NCBI GenBank assembly: GCA_963665815.1
Contig: OY762463.1
Coordinates: 1,045,469 to 1,109,468 of the forward strand
Reading direction: 5' to 3'
Length of the DNA stretch: 64,000 nt
Source of the DNA: Candidatus Cloacimonadales bacterium
Lineage (GTDB): Bacteria; Cloacimonadota; Cloacimonadia; Cloacimonadales; JAIOQZ01
In this document: in pieces, positions 27,131 through 36,422 of the stretch
Layout: every line of letters begins with the position of its first letter
How positions within the stretch are numbered: the stretch's first letter is position 1
Notes under the pieces: generated by a model
What the model saw: the letters and a program-made list of their open reading frames with translations, nothing else
Told to the model about the DNA's origin: nothing
Database searches by the model: none
Made by a program: the position numbers and the translations under genes

Positions 27131-27150
27131 CTAAAAAGATTCTATAAATA

Positions 27151-27771
27151 CTAATATATAAACTTAACTGGGATTTCTTCGTCATTGGCTTTTCTGGATT
27201 TTGTAACTGCAGGCTTACCTACAGCGACCATAGCTGCCACAAAATATTCACTACCAGCTTCACCAAGTAGTTCAGCAATCCTTTGAGATGCTATTACCGG
27301 ACCAGACAACCAACATGCTCCAAGATTCATGTCCTGAGCACCAAGAAGAATATTCTGCACACATGCACCAAGACTCTGGATTTCCGGATGATATCTTAGC
27401 TTCAGAATGTCCTCTTTGTGTTCATTGGAAAGTACTTTATCAATTGGTGTATCATAATCTTTTGACAAAACAATTATCAGAGCAGGGGCATCCTTAAAGA
27501 ATGTTGAATGCCACCTGATTCTATCTTTCAACACATTGCCTGATTCATCACTATCCTCAAATAGCTTTTCCAGGTCTTCTAAAACAATGCCTGCCATTTT
27601 CTGCAGTACATCCCTGTTCTTCACAACCAGGAATTTCCACGGTTTACTATTGTTAGCACTCGGGGCCATATTACCCAACCCGATTAGCTCACTAAATATT
27701 TTATCATCAATATCTCTGTTTTTAAATTTTCTGCAACTGTAACGCTGTTCAATGGCTTCTCTGAGTTCCAT
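27151..27771 (-). CDS. nitroreductase-family protein
   Basis: RYSCRKF.. and ..APSANNSKPWKFLVV.. N-terminal signatures, in 206 aa. Confidence 0.8.
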   Translation of the reverse strand: MELREAIEQRYSCRKFKNRDIDDKIFSELIGLGNMAPSANNSKPWKFLVVKNRDVLQKMAGIVLEDLEKLFEDSDESGNVLKDRIRWHSTFFKDAPALIIVLSKDYDTPIDKVLSNEHKEDILKLRYHPEIQSLGACVQNILLGAQDMNLGACWLSGPVIASQRIAELLGEAGSEYFVAAMVAVGKPAVTKSRKANDEEIPVKFIY

Positions 27772-27909
27772 TTTTCCTCCGATTCATTTTTGTATTTAAT
27801 ACAATAATAATATCATTGCATTTTGAAGCAAATTAATTATATTTTATTTTAAAATGAACTATAAAAGAAAGATTTGATAAGATTGTGATAACAATTGATA
27901 AGAAATTTC

Positions 27910-27937
27910 TTGACTGACAGTACATGAATAACATAAT
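27910..27937 (+). promoter_or_regulatory. sigma70-type promoter candidate for the C10 protease gene
   Basis: TTGACT (27910-27915), 16-nt spacer, CATAAT (27932-27937). GGGAGG at 27951-27956 precedes the ATG at 27961. Confidence 0.5.
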
Positions 27938-27960
27938 GAGAGACAATGATGGGAGGTACT

Positions 27961-30642
27961 ATGAGAAGATATTTATCTTTTCTTGTGGTATCAATATTTC
28001 TGTTTGTTTATAGTATGCTGACTGCTAATCCTGTATCTTTAAAGAAAGCGGAAAATACAGCAGCTAACTTCTTGAAATTCAAGAAAATTGATGCCTCAAT
28101 AATGAAAAACGAAGTAATCGTAAATAAGGCGGAAAAGATTGCTTACGTTTTCCATACAGATCCTGAAGGATTTGTAATTGTATCAGCTGATGATCAGCTG
28201 ACACCAATTTATGCTTTTTCTACCAACAGCACATTTTCACAATCAAACGACAATGCTATGCATTTTATTAACACCGACCTTACAGAAAGACTCAGAGTAA
28301 AAGAATTTTTCTCAGAAGAACTTAAAGAAAAGAACGCTGAAGACTGGAATAATCTGAATGAGCAGGTTCCACACTTAGACATCCCACAAGGCTGGAGTGT
28401 TTACCCACCTGAAGGACTGACCAGTACAGACGGATGGATTACATCCAGATGGGGACAGGGAGATCCATTAAACATGTATTGCCCTATAGATCCAGGATCA
28501 GGAAACAGATCTGTAGTCGGATGTGTTGCGACATCTTTTGCACAGCTTGTGAATTATCACAAATACTTTGTACTACCTAACTTTACTTCTTCGGACAATT
28601 ATGTTTCACAATATACAAATCCGGCAATTGATATTGACAATGATGCACAAACCTATGATTTCCCTACATTCAGCCAATTGAATCAGCTTCTTGTGCCTAT
28701 CCAGAATGCATATCTGACTCACTCAACACCGGATACCGATGATAAAGCTGCCCTTAATGCCGCTTGTGGATTTCTGGTTGAAATGAGTTATTCAGAAGCC
28801 GGTTCAGGATCAAATACACATCAAATAGCTGATGCGATAGTCAACAGACTGGGATATACTTCTGCATCAACTATGTCTACATGGCATACAGACCATGATG
28901 TTTTCTATGCCAATCTGATTAATGATATGCAGAATGCCCGTCCCGGTGTTTTGTCAATATTCAAATCTGTTGGGTATGATGGACATGCAATCAATGTTGA
29001 CGGTTATAGAAGCGACCTTGATCATTATCACCTGAATTTTGGCTGGAATGGAAATTCTGATGGTTGGTATTCATTACCTGCCGGAATGCCGGAAAACTAT
29101 GACAATGTCAGCAGTGCTGTATATAATGTTGAAGGTGGAGACCTTCCAATGTATCTTTCAGGAAGCGTTTCCGTACCTGAAGGCAGTCCTCGATATGTTG
29201 ACCTGACTTTCGCCGGTCCTACAGTATTCGATATCACGATTGATAACGAGCAAGGAGATTTCCAACTTTACAATATCCCACCCGGAAACTATACAATTAT
29301 CGGTACAAAAAGTAATCCTGACGGTTTTACATATACCGGAACTGTGTACATCAATGAAAACACTTCAACAATAGATATTCAGATGAGTTACAGTGGAATA
29401 ATAAGAGGTAGTTTTTCAGGTCCTGCCGATAATGCAGAAAAGATTATTGAAATTTTCGAAAACGATGAACTGATAAAAAGTGCTTATTCAAATTCTGACA
29501 GCTTTGAAATGTATGCCCCCCTTCCGGGTAACTACACAATAAAAGCCAGATCCGGACGTAATTACTTCTATGAATCAGAACTGACTATTGTATCCGGAGA
29601 ACAGGTTCAAAACCTGACTTTGGAACACAATCCCGGTAATATCAGTATAGGAAATCACTCTCGACCATCTTCTGGTTTATTTCAGGAAATAGCACTTGAA
29701 AGAATGAATTTTGCAGTTAAAGTTGAAAATGAACTGCTGAGTGATAATGTGGATAATTATCTGATAGGAATTCGATTCAGAACACCTTTTGCCAGTGGTC
29801 AGGGAGAATTAAAACCTGCTATATGGAAAGGTTCTTCACTTGTATCTCAGACCGTATTGGAAAACTACAACAGTGATGAATGGGTAGAAGTTTATTTCGA
29901 CAGTTTTGTTAAGATTGACACGGAAAATGACTTTTACTTTGGATATACTGTCGATGCTCCTGAAGGATTTAAAAAAGCATGGTTAGACTCCGGTTCTCAT
30001 AGTAATGGTTTTTATCTTTCAAATCTATCTGCAAACTGGAATGAATACAACATGGAGAACAATCCGCATCTATGCATGCAGGGCTTAGTCAGTACAGCCA
30101 GTTATGGCACAATAACAGGGCATATCACAAATAATATGTCATCTGAGCAAACCCCTATTGTGATCAAAGCCGGTAACAACTACCACTACGCTATGACAAA
30201 CAGTGATTTCAGTATGGATGCCAATGATGGGTATCTTGATATTTTTGCTTTTAATTCAATGTATATCTCTACTGAACAACAAATACTAGTTGAAAACGCT
30301 ACTACAACGAATCCTGTAAACATTGTTCTGCAAGTGTCCGGCTCCGAAGAAGATGTTCAAAGAGCTAATCCTCTTACAGCATCTAATACTCCAAACCCTT
30401 TCAACCCTGAAACAATAATAAACTTCAGTCTTCCTGAAAAGGGCAATATTGAAGTTGCCGTTTATAATGTTAAAGGTCAAAAAATTGCAACTCTTGCTAA
30501 TGAACACTACAATGCCGGGGAACACAACTTGACATGGCATGGAAAGGACAGTACCGGAAAGGCTGTTGGAAGCGGGATATATTTCTATCGTATTCAAACA
30601 GCGAAAGATGCTTTCATCGGAAAAATGGTACTCATAAAATAA
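27961..30642 (+). CDS. secreted C10-family (streptopain-like) cysteine peptidase with Ig-like/carboxypeptidase-regulatory-like repeats and a T9SS-type C-terminal domain
   Basis: The start is placed at the ATG at 27961 (GGGAGG RBS); a signal peptide follows. The N-terminal segment is Spi-like (pro-peptide/inhibitor). Catalytic-Cys context: NRSVVGCVATSFAQLVNYHKY. His context: GHAINVDGY..HLNFGWNGNSDGWY. C-terminus: NTPNPFNPETIINFSLPEKGNIEVAVYNVKGQKI..GEHNLTWHGKDSTGKAVGSGIYFY. Confidence 0.85.
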   Translation: MRRYLSFLVVSIFLFVYSMLTANPVSLKKAENTAANFLKFKKIDASIMKNEVIVNKAEKIAYVFHTDPEGFVIVSADDQLTPIYAFSTNSTFSQSNDNAMHFINTDLTERLRVKEFFSEELKEKNAEDWNNLNEQVPHLDIPQGWSVYPPEGLTSTDGWITSRWGQGDPLNMYCPIDPGSGNRSVVGCVATSFAQLVNYHKYFVLPNFTSSDNYVSQYTNPAIDIDNDAQTYDFPTFSQLNQLLVPIQNAYLTHSTPDTDDKAALNAACGFLVEMSYSEAGSGSNTHQIADAIVNRLGYTSASTMSTWHTDHDVFYANLINDMQNARPGVLSIFKSVGYDGHAINVDGYRSDLDHYHLNFGWNGNSDGWYSLPAGMPENYDNVSSAVYNVEGGDLPMYLSGSVSVPEGSPRYVDLTFAGPTVFDITIDNEQGDFQLYNIPPGNYTIIGTKSNPDGFTYTGTVYINENTSTIDIQMSYSGIIRGSFSGPADNAEKIIEIFENDELIKSAYSNSDSFEMYAPLPGNYTIKARSGRNYFYESELTIVSGEQVQNLTLEHNPGNISIGNHSRPSSGLFQEIALERMNFAVKVENELLSDNVDNYLIGIRFRTPFASGQGELKPAIWKGSSLVSQTVLENYNSDEWVEVYFDSFVKIDTENDFYFGYTVDAPEGFKKAWLDSGSHSNGFYLSNLSANWNEYNMENNPHLCMQGLVSTASYGTITGHITNNMSSEQTPIVIKAGNNYHYAMTNSDFSMDANDGYLDIFAFNSMYISTEQQILVENATTTNPVNIVLQVSGSEEDVQRANPLTASNTPNPFNPETIINFSLPEKGNIEVAVYNVKGQKIATLANEHYNAGEHNLTWHGKDSTGKAVGSGIYFYRIQTAKDAFIGKMVLIK

Positions 30643-30658
30643 TGAAACCGGAGATTGT

Positions 30659-31105
30659 ATGAATCTGAAATCTATAACTATTTTTACTGCTCTGATTTTG
30701 CTTGCACAATTCGCAATTGCAATATCATTCAGTGAATTCAGAGATTTGTCTGCGAAAGTAGTGACTCCTGATTTCAGAATAGATGCAAAGCAAAGTGTTG
30801 AAACTTCAGATTCTTTTAGAATTGTATACCAATCAGCACTTGATCCTATGATTTCAGTAACAATCTCATTTTATCCTGATAAAAGCACTTTCAGGGAAGA
30901 AGATCTTATTGCCAACTCTCAGAAATTCAAATGGAATAACATGAATTGCCTGTATTCTAATGAACCTGAAGTTATGTCATGCCTGTCAATTAAGCTTAGT
31001 GACAGCAGAGGTCTTATCTGTTACAAGATAACAGATTTCCAAGGCTCAATGACTAAAGATGATCTTATTCATGGAATTGAAGCTATGGACTTCACAAAGT
31101 TCTAA
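30659..31105 (+). CDS. small secreted hypothetical protein; candidate cognate protease inhibitor
   Basis: 148 aa with signal peptide (ITIFTALILLAQFAIA). It starts 17 nt after the protease stop and shares its terminator. No family recognised; the functional suggestion is positional only. Confidence 0.55.
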   Translation: MNLKSITIFTALILLAQFAIAISFSEFRDLSAKVVTPDFRIDAKQSVETSDSFRIVYQSALDPMISVTISFYPDKSTFREEDLIANSQKFKWNNMNCLYSNEPEVMSCLSIKLSDSRGLICYKITDFQGSMTKDDLIHGIEAMDFTKF

Positions 31106-31131
31106 TTAACAACAAATAATATTAAACATAC

Positions 31132-31156
31132 AAGGTCGGGTTTTCCGACCTTTTTC
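31132..31156 (+). terminator. rho-independent terminator
   Basis: AAGGTCGG-gtttt-CCGACCTT followed by TTTC. Confidence 0.8.
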
Positions 31157-31321
31157 TATTCATTATAAGCATTGTATAAAAACCAGAATTAAGATGCATT
31201 GTATTGTTTTTTTTAAGGTTTAAATCCGATAAATTCTAAAATTGGATCACTTAATCCAATTATGCGAAATACTCTAATTTTTGCAGGATAGATTAAAAAA
31301 AACAAAAACAAATTGACATTA

Positions 31322-31340
31322 TTAGATAAGTCTAACTTTT
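31322..31340. promoter_or_regulatory. DtxR/IdeR-type operator candidate (box 1) upstream of the regulator gene
   Basis: TTAGATAAGTCTAACTTTT. By my count it matches the classical 19-bp DtxR consensus TTAGGTTAGCCTAACCTAA at 13/19 positions. Core TTAG-N6-CTAA. It lies just downstream of TTGACA (31313-31318). Confidence 0.45.
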
Positions 31341-31370
31341 TAGAATCAAATTAACTCAAAGGAGTATAGG

Positions 31371-32108
31371 ATGGATGTTGTATTATCCAGCAGTCTTGAA
31401 GATTATCTCGAAAAGATCTGGCAAATCCTCACACAAAAAGGTGTAGTTCATGCAATTGATATTGCTGAATCTTTAAAAGTAAAAAAACCATCCGTTACTT
31501 CTGCTTTGAGAAAACTCTCTTCAAAGGGCTTAATAAACTATCAGCCTTATAAACCTGTAACATTAACCGAATCAGGGGAAAAAGCTGCAAGAAGAATCCT
31601 TGAGAAACATATAGCTATTAAGAATTTCTTTCTTAATGTCCTTGATATAAAGACAGATGTAGCAGATGAACTCGCCTGCTCCATGGAACACCTTGTAACA
31701 GATCGAATTATTTCAAAGATGATCGCTTTTGAAAAGTTTGTACATCGTTGCCCGAATTTTGATTATTCTTGGATTGATGGTGAAGGTTTCTTCTGTAATA
31801 CACGAGAAGATAAATGTAAGAATTGTGATACTTATTGTAAGAATAACTATATAAATATAAAATCGGAGGAAAAGAAAATGAGTAAAACACTCAGTGAAAT
31901 GAAACCTGGAGAAAACGGTGTTGTCAACTGTATATCCAATTCAAGTCCTAATAGAAAGAAACTGACAGAAATGGGAATAATCAAAGGCAGACCTGTTGAA
32001 ATAGTAAAAATAGCCCCACTTGGAGATCCAATTGAAATCGATATTAAAGGTTATAAATTGTCATTACGTAAAGAGGAAGCCAATAACATACTTGTAACAA
32101 TTGGTTAA
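31371..32108 (+). CDS. DtxR-family metal-dependent regulator with Cys-rich linker and C-terminal FeoA/SH3-like domain
   Basis: N-terminal wHTH (SLEDYLEKIW..IDIAESLKVKKPSVTSALRKLSSKGLI). Dimerisation/metal region (..LACSMEHLV..). Cys-rich insert: HRCPNFDYSWIDGEGFFCNTREDKCKNCDTYC. FeoA-like end: LSEMKPGENGVV..MGIIKGRPVEIVKIAPLGDPIEIDIKGYKLSLRKEEANNILV. Confidence 0.8.
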   Translation: MDVVLSSSLEDYLEKIWQILTQKGVVHAIDIAESLKVKKPSVTSALRKLSSKGLINYQPYKPVTLTESGEKAARRILEKHIAIKNFFLNVLDIKTDVADELACSMEHLVTDRIISKMIAFEKFVHRCPNFDYSWIDGEGFFCNTREDKCKNCDTYCKNNYINIKSEEKKMSKTLSEMKPGENGVVNCISNSSPNRKKLTEMGIIKGRPVEIVKIAPLGDPIEIDIKGYKLSLRKEEANNILVTIG

Positions 32109-32126
32109 ATTTTTTTGAACTTTAAG

Positions 32127-32145
32127 TTAGTTTTATCTAACTATT
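32127..32145. promoter_or_regulatory. DtxR-type operator candidate (box 2) upstream of feoB
   Basis: TTAGTTTTATCTAACTATT. Core TTAG-N6-CTAA, extended palindrome AGTTAG-N6-CTAACT, 11/19 to the DtxR consensus. Confidence 0.4.
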
Positions 32146-32161
32146 TTTTATCTTATAAAAG

Positions 32162-32180
32162 TTAGTTAAAACTAATTATT
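32162..32180. promoter_or_regulatory. DtxR-type operator candidate (box 3) immediately upstream of the feoB RBS
   Basis: TTAGTTAAAACTAATTATT. Core TTAG-N6-CTAA, 10/19 to the consensus. It ends right at the GAGAGG RBS. Confidence 0.35.
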
Positions 32181-32190
32181 GAGAGGAATA

Positions 32191-34311
32191 ATGAGTACAT
32201 ACAAAATTGCATTAGCAGGAAATCCCAATTGTGGGAAAACTACAATATTTAATTCGCTAACCGGTGCTAATCAAAAAACCGGCAATTACCCCGGAGTGAC
32301 CGTAGAAAAGAAAGAGGGCTCCTATAATTTCAAACAAAGTAAGTATCAAGTCATTGATTTGCCGGGAATTTACAGCTTTTCAACAAACTCACCTGAAGAA
32401 GTTATTGCACGCGATGTAATATTAGAAGAAAAACCGGATCTTGTCGTTAACATTATAGATACATCCAATCTCGAAAGAAATCTATACCTCACTGTCCAGT
32501 TAATGGAAATGGAAATCCCTTACCTGCTGGTATTCAACATGTGGGATGAAGTTCAGAAAAGAGGTTGCAATATCGATCTAAAAAAAATATCTGAAGCTTT
32601 TGGGGCTGAAATTATCAGTTTCGTTGGACATAAAGGTATTGGAGTAGATCAACTTAAAGAAAAGATTTTTACAAATATGGGATTTAAAAGACGCAACCTT
32701 CTGCATTACTCTCACGAAACAGAATCTTTAATTGCAGAAATAGAAAATGTTATCAAAGCTTCAACAAAAGCCTATGAAAATATCCCAGATAAATGGTTTG
32801 CAGTGAAACTTATAGAAAAAGATTCCAGAATAACTACAATGATTAACAACTACGGCAATATTAAAGAAGAAGTAGATTTACGAATTGAACATTTCGAGAA
32901 GAAAACAGATGAAGGAAGCGACATATACATTGCAGAACAGAGATATGGTTTTATATCCGGAGTCTGTCAGAAGTATGTCAGGAACAATGTTGAATTACGC
33001 CACTCCGTATCAGACAAAATTGATGCTGTTCTAACAAACAAAGTCCTGGGACTCCCAATATTTATAGCCTTGATGTATCTTGTTTTCAAGCTGACATTTG
33101 TTGTCGGAGACCCGTTAATGGGCTGGATAGAAAGTAGCTTTGAGCTTCTGTCGGGATTTATTGAAGGGTTCTGGGCTGAAGGAAGTGAAAGTCTCTTAAA
33201 GTCGCTCATTCTGGATGGAGTTATCGGTGGAGTTGGAGGAGTAGTAGTCTTTCTGCCTAATATTATTCTATTGTTTCTGGCAATCGCAATACTTGAAGGT
33301 ACGGGATATATGTCCAGGGCTGCATTTATTATGGATAGAATAATGAAATCAATAGGTCTGCATGGAAACAGCTTTATCCCTATGCTAATTGGTTTTGGCT
33401 GTACTGTTCCGGCAATCATGGCTACAAGAACACTCGAAAATAGAAAAGACAGATTTACAACATTACTTGTTGCTCCTCTGATGAGTTGTGGTGCCCGGCT
33501 CCCCATCTACGCCTTAATTATACCGGCATTCTTCCCTTCCGTTATGCAGGCAAAAGTTCTTGCAATTATCTATTTCAGTGGGATTGCTCTCGCAATATTG
33601 CTGGCGAAACTGCTGAGATCAACAATATTCAAAGGGGAAACCGAAACATTCATTATGGAGCTCCCCCCCTATCGAATCCCAACTCTCAGGTCCATTCTAA
33701 TGCAAATGTGGAGCAGAGCTATGATATACCTCAAAAAAGCAGGTACTATCATTCTTGCAATATCAATTGTTATGTGGGTACTGGTTACATTCCCCAGAAC
33801 AGATAAGTTTGCTGAATATTATGCAGAACAGGAAACACTCCTGAGAAAACAGAATCTTACCGAAAAAGTACTGAATGAAAAGTTAGAAGAACTTCAAATG
33901 AAACAGCAGTCAGATGAGCTTGCATATTCAATTACCGGAAGAATAGGAAAAGCACTTGAACCTGCGCTGAAACCCCTTGGTTTTGACTGGAAAATTGGTG
34001 CTGCCATGATAGGTGCATTTGCCGCTAAGGAAGTCTTTGTCGCTCAACTGGGAATAGTTTACTCTGTCGGTGAAGCTGACGAAGAATCTCAAACATTACG
34101 TGATAAACTTAAAGAGAACTACACACCATTGATTGCTCTTTCCATTATGTTGTTTGCATTGATTAGTGCGCCATGCATGGCTACAATAGCAGTGACAAAA
34201 AGAGAAACAAACTCGTGGGGCTGGGCTCTAGGTCAACTTGCCGGATTAACGCTGACTGCATATATTGTATCATTGCTTGTCTATCAAATTGGAAAACTGA
34301 TGGGATTCTGA
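32191..34311 (+). CDS. feoB: ferrous iron transporter FeoB
   Basis: The start is placed at the ATG at 32191, after GAGAGG. G-domain GNPNCGKTTIFN / DLPG / NMWD. A large polytopic permease domain follows, with gate motifs. Confidence 0.95.
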   Translation: MSTYKIALAGNPNCGKTTIFNSLTGANQKTGNYPGVTVEKKEGSYNFKQSKYQVIDLPGIYSFSTNSPEEVIARDVILEEKPDLVVNIIDTSNLERNLYLTVQLMEMEIPYLLVFNMWDEVQKRGCNIDLKKISEAFGAEIISFVGHKGIGVDQLKEKIFTNMGFKRRNLLHYSHETESLIAEIENVIKASTKAYENIPDKWFAVKLIEKDSRITTMINNYGNIKEEVDLRIEHFEKKTDEGSDIYIAEQRYGFISGVCQKYVRNNVELRHSVSDKIDAVLTNKVLGLPIFIALMYLVFKLTFVVGDPLMGWIESSFELLSGFIEGFWAEGSESLLKSLILDGVIGGVGGVVVFLPNIILLFLAIAILEGTGYMSRAAFIMDRIMKSIGLHGNSFIPMLIGFGCTVPAIMATRTLENRKDRFTTLLVAPLMSCGARLPIYALIIPAFFPSVMQAKVLAIIYFSGIALAILLAKLLRSTIFKGETETFIMELPPYRIPTLRSILMQMWSRAMIYLKKAGTIILAISIVMWVLVTFPRTDKFAEYYAEQETLLRKQNLTEKVLNEKLEELQMKQQSDELAYSITGRIGKALEPALKPLGFDWKIGAAMIGAFAAKEVFVAQLGIVYSVGEADEESQTLRDKLKENYTPLIALSIMLFALISAPCMATIAVTKRETNSWGWALGQLAGLTLTAYIVSLLVYQIGKLMGF

Positions 34312-34323
34312 TAAGGAGATCTT

Positions 34324-34530
34324 ATGTTAGAAGGAATAATCATATTTTTAATTGTTATCGCTGCAGTATTCTTCCTTGCAAAAAGCATTAAAAAATCCAG
34401 GCGGGATGAATTCAAATGTTCATCATGTGTAACCTCAAAAACGTGTTCTCATGAGAATTGCAGTTACTGTCCGAGTGCCAAAAAAAATTTATCATTAAAG
34501 TTAGATGAGACTAATTATAAGGAGATATAA
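34324..34530 (+). CDS. FeoB-associated Cys-rich small membrane protein
   Basis: 68 aa with one N-terminal TM helix (IIIFLIVIAAVFFLA) followed by a Cys-rich tail (CSSCVTSKTCSHENCSYC). Its stop overlaps the next ATG (TAATG). Confidence 0.7.
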   Translation: MLEGIIIFLIVIAAVFFLAKSIKKSRRDEFKCSSCVTSKTCSHENCSYCPSAKKNLSLKLDETNYKEI

Positions 34531-35540
34531 TGAAAAAGACATTACTAATTATTTTACTTGTACAGGCTATGTTTCTTACGGCAATTGAGAAACCCAAAAT
34601 GCACTCAAGTATCATGCTTGATGCAAAATTCTATTCCGGTTCTGATTCCAATTCAGGTCTATACGATACAACTAATCGTTACCAGATAAGGAAAGCAGCT
34701 CTGGAATTTGAAGGCAAAATCACCGAGTTCATTGAGTATGGAGTAGAATTTGGTGTTTCAACATGTTCAGGAGGAGGAATAGACCTGAAACTAATGGAAG
34801 CTGCTCTCGATTATGATCTGAGTAATGGGCTGACAATCGGACTGCGTCAAGGGCATGTTTTGCGGGGATTCGCCGGAGCAACTGAATGCAGCGATCGTCT
34901 TACCCTTGAAAAACCACAATTCTTTAAAACATTTGCAACTTGTCATCCGACCGGTGTAGTTTTAGGGTACGACAGAGAGCTACCAATAGATTCAGCAATT
35001 GAGCTTGAAGCAGGTTTAATGAATGGACCTAACGGAACTCTTGATGGAGAGCATGATTTTAACTTTGGCACAATTATAACCTCTCCTGTAGAAGGTTTGT
35101 CACTTTCCCTGAACTACAATCACACAGCTAATAATTACTACAGAAATGATGGAAGTCAATTCAGTGATGACGGTTATAGAGCAATTGCAGGACTTGAATA
35201 TGACTGTTATAATATTCAAGCTACTGGAGAATACTACTTTGGCAAAGGTTTTACATTCAATAACCAGGAAATGAAAGCTGCCTATTTACAGACAGGCTAT
35301 TCATTTAAAACAGGAATGAAAAGACTTGGTTCTATCACTCCTTACATTCAGTATGAGTATTGGGACAAAGATTCTGACTCTGAAGAAAATAGTGAATACA
35401 GTTATTTAAGCGGTGGTCTTCTATTTTCCCTGGATTCTTACACAAAACTACGATTCGACTATTTTGCTGAAACCGATAAGCCTTCATCTGCCATTGAAAC
35501 ACCTGATTCATTCAATGTCAGATTACAATTGGTATTTTAG
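34530..35540 (+). CDS. outer-membrane porin-like beta-barrel protein
   Basis: 336 aa with a signal peptide. Composition is alternating beta-strand-like, with the OMP C-terminal signature ..FNVRLQLVF. Confidence 0.65.
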   Translation: MKKTLLIILLVQAMFLTAIEKPKMHSSIMLDAKFYSGSDSNSGLYDTTNRYQIRKAALEFEGKITEFIEYGVEFGVSTCSGGGIDLKLMEAALDYDLSNGLTIGLRQGHVLRGFAGATECSDRLTLEKPQFFKTFATCHPTGVVLGYDRELPIDSAIELEAGLMNGPNGTLDGEHDFNFGTIITSPVEGLSLSLNYNHTANNYYRNDGSQFSDDGYRAIAGLEYDCYNIQATGEYYFGKGFTFNNQEMKAAYLQTGYSFKTGMKRLGSITPYIQYEYWDKDSDSEENSEYSYLSGGLLFSLDSYTKLRFDYFAETDKPSSAIETPDSFNVRLQLVF

Positions 35541-35548
35541 GAGGAATA

Positions 35549-36421
35549 ATGAAATATATACTTGCTATAATTTTAATCAGTTCTTTTCTTTATGCTGAGA
35601 CTCTTATACTATCCCCTACAGATGACATGTATACAGATGCTGACCATCCTGGGACACAGCCTGATTTAGCTCAGCTCTGGACTGCTGACTTCCAGGCGAG
35701 TGGGCACTTTGAAAGAATCATGATGAAGTTTGACTTATCCCAGTTAACCGGATTAGACATCACATCAGCTACTCTTCACCTTACACGTTTGTACAGTTGT
35801 CCAAGCGGTGGTACTACTGCATCCAAATTCTACCCGATTACAGAAAGCTGGAATGAAGCGACCTGGGATCATACACAACACATTCAATATGATGCACAAG
35901 CAGCCATGAATTACGTTTTCACAGGTCCGGGTGGAAATGTAAACCATAACTTTGAAGTAGATGTTCTGCAACTGGTAACGCTCTGGCAAACCTGTATGTT
36001 TGCAAATCATGGATTTGTAATTCAGGCTAACAGTAATCAAAAATTCAGTAAGTTCTATTCTAAGGATCATTCTAATGCCTCTTACAGACCTTCCCTTGAA
36101 ATTGAATATACTGTAACAGAAAACGGTGAACAATGCAACGATTATGCAGTTGCTGAACTTTCAAACTACCCAAATCCATTTAACCCTGAAACAAATATTT
36201 CTTTCAGTCTTCCCCGGAACTCAAATGTTGAACTTGAAGTTTACAACATTATAGGCAAAAAAGTGAAGACTCTTGCATCAGAACATATGACGCAGGGGGA
36301 GCACATCATAAAGTGGAATGGAAAAGACAGTAATGGTAATCCGGTCAGCAGCGGCATATACTTATGTAGACTTAAAGCATCCGGTATGGAAAAAGTACAC
36401 AGGATCATTTTACTGAAATAG
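35549..36421 (+). CDS. secreted protein with T9SS-type C-terminal sorting domain (N-terminal domain unassigned)
   Basis: 290 aa with a signal peptide. C-terminus: NYPNPFNPETNISFSLPRNSNVELEVYNIIGKKV..GEHIIKWNGKDSNGNPVSSGIYLCR. Confidence 0.7.
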   Translation: MKYILAIILISSFLYAETLILSPTDDMYTDADHPGTQPDLAQLWTADFQASGHFERIMMKFDLSQLTGLDITSATLHLTRLYSCPSGGTTASKFYPITESWNEATWDHTQHIQYDAQAAMNYVFTGPGGNVNHNFEVDVLQLVTLWQTCMFANHGFVIQANSNQKFSKFYSKDHSNASYRPSLEIEYTVTENGEQCNDYAVAELSNYPNPFNPETNISFSLPRNSNVELEVYNIIGKKVKTLASEHMTQGEHIIKWNGKDSNGNPVSSGIYLCRLKASGMEKVHRIILLK

Positions 36422-36422
36422 G

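Noticed and set aside
32967-33506. 179-aa antisense ORF inside feoB. Similar long antisense ORFs occur inside other genes, e.g. 4252..4677, 40607..41038, 43262..43813, 47997..48389, 16332..16652, 35765..36133 and 51470..51829.
   Set aside because: Each lies entirely within, and antisense to, a gene with strong family motifs. They have low-complexity or odd composition and no RBS. They are typical shadow ORFs.
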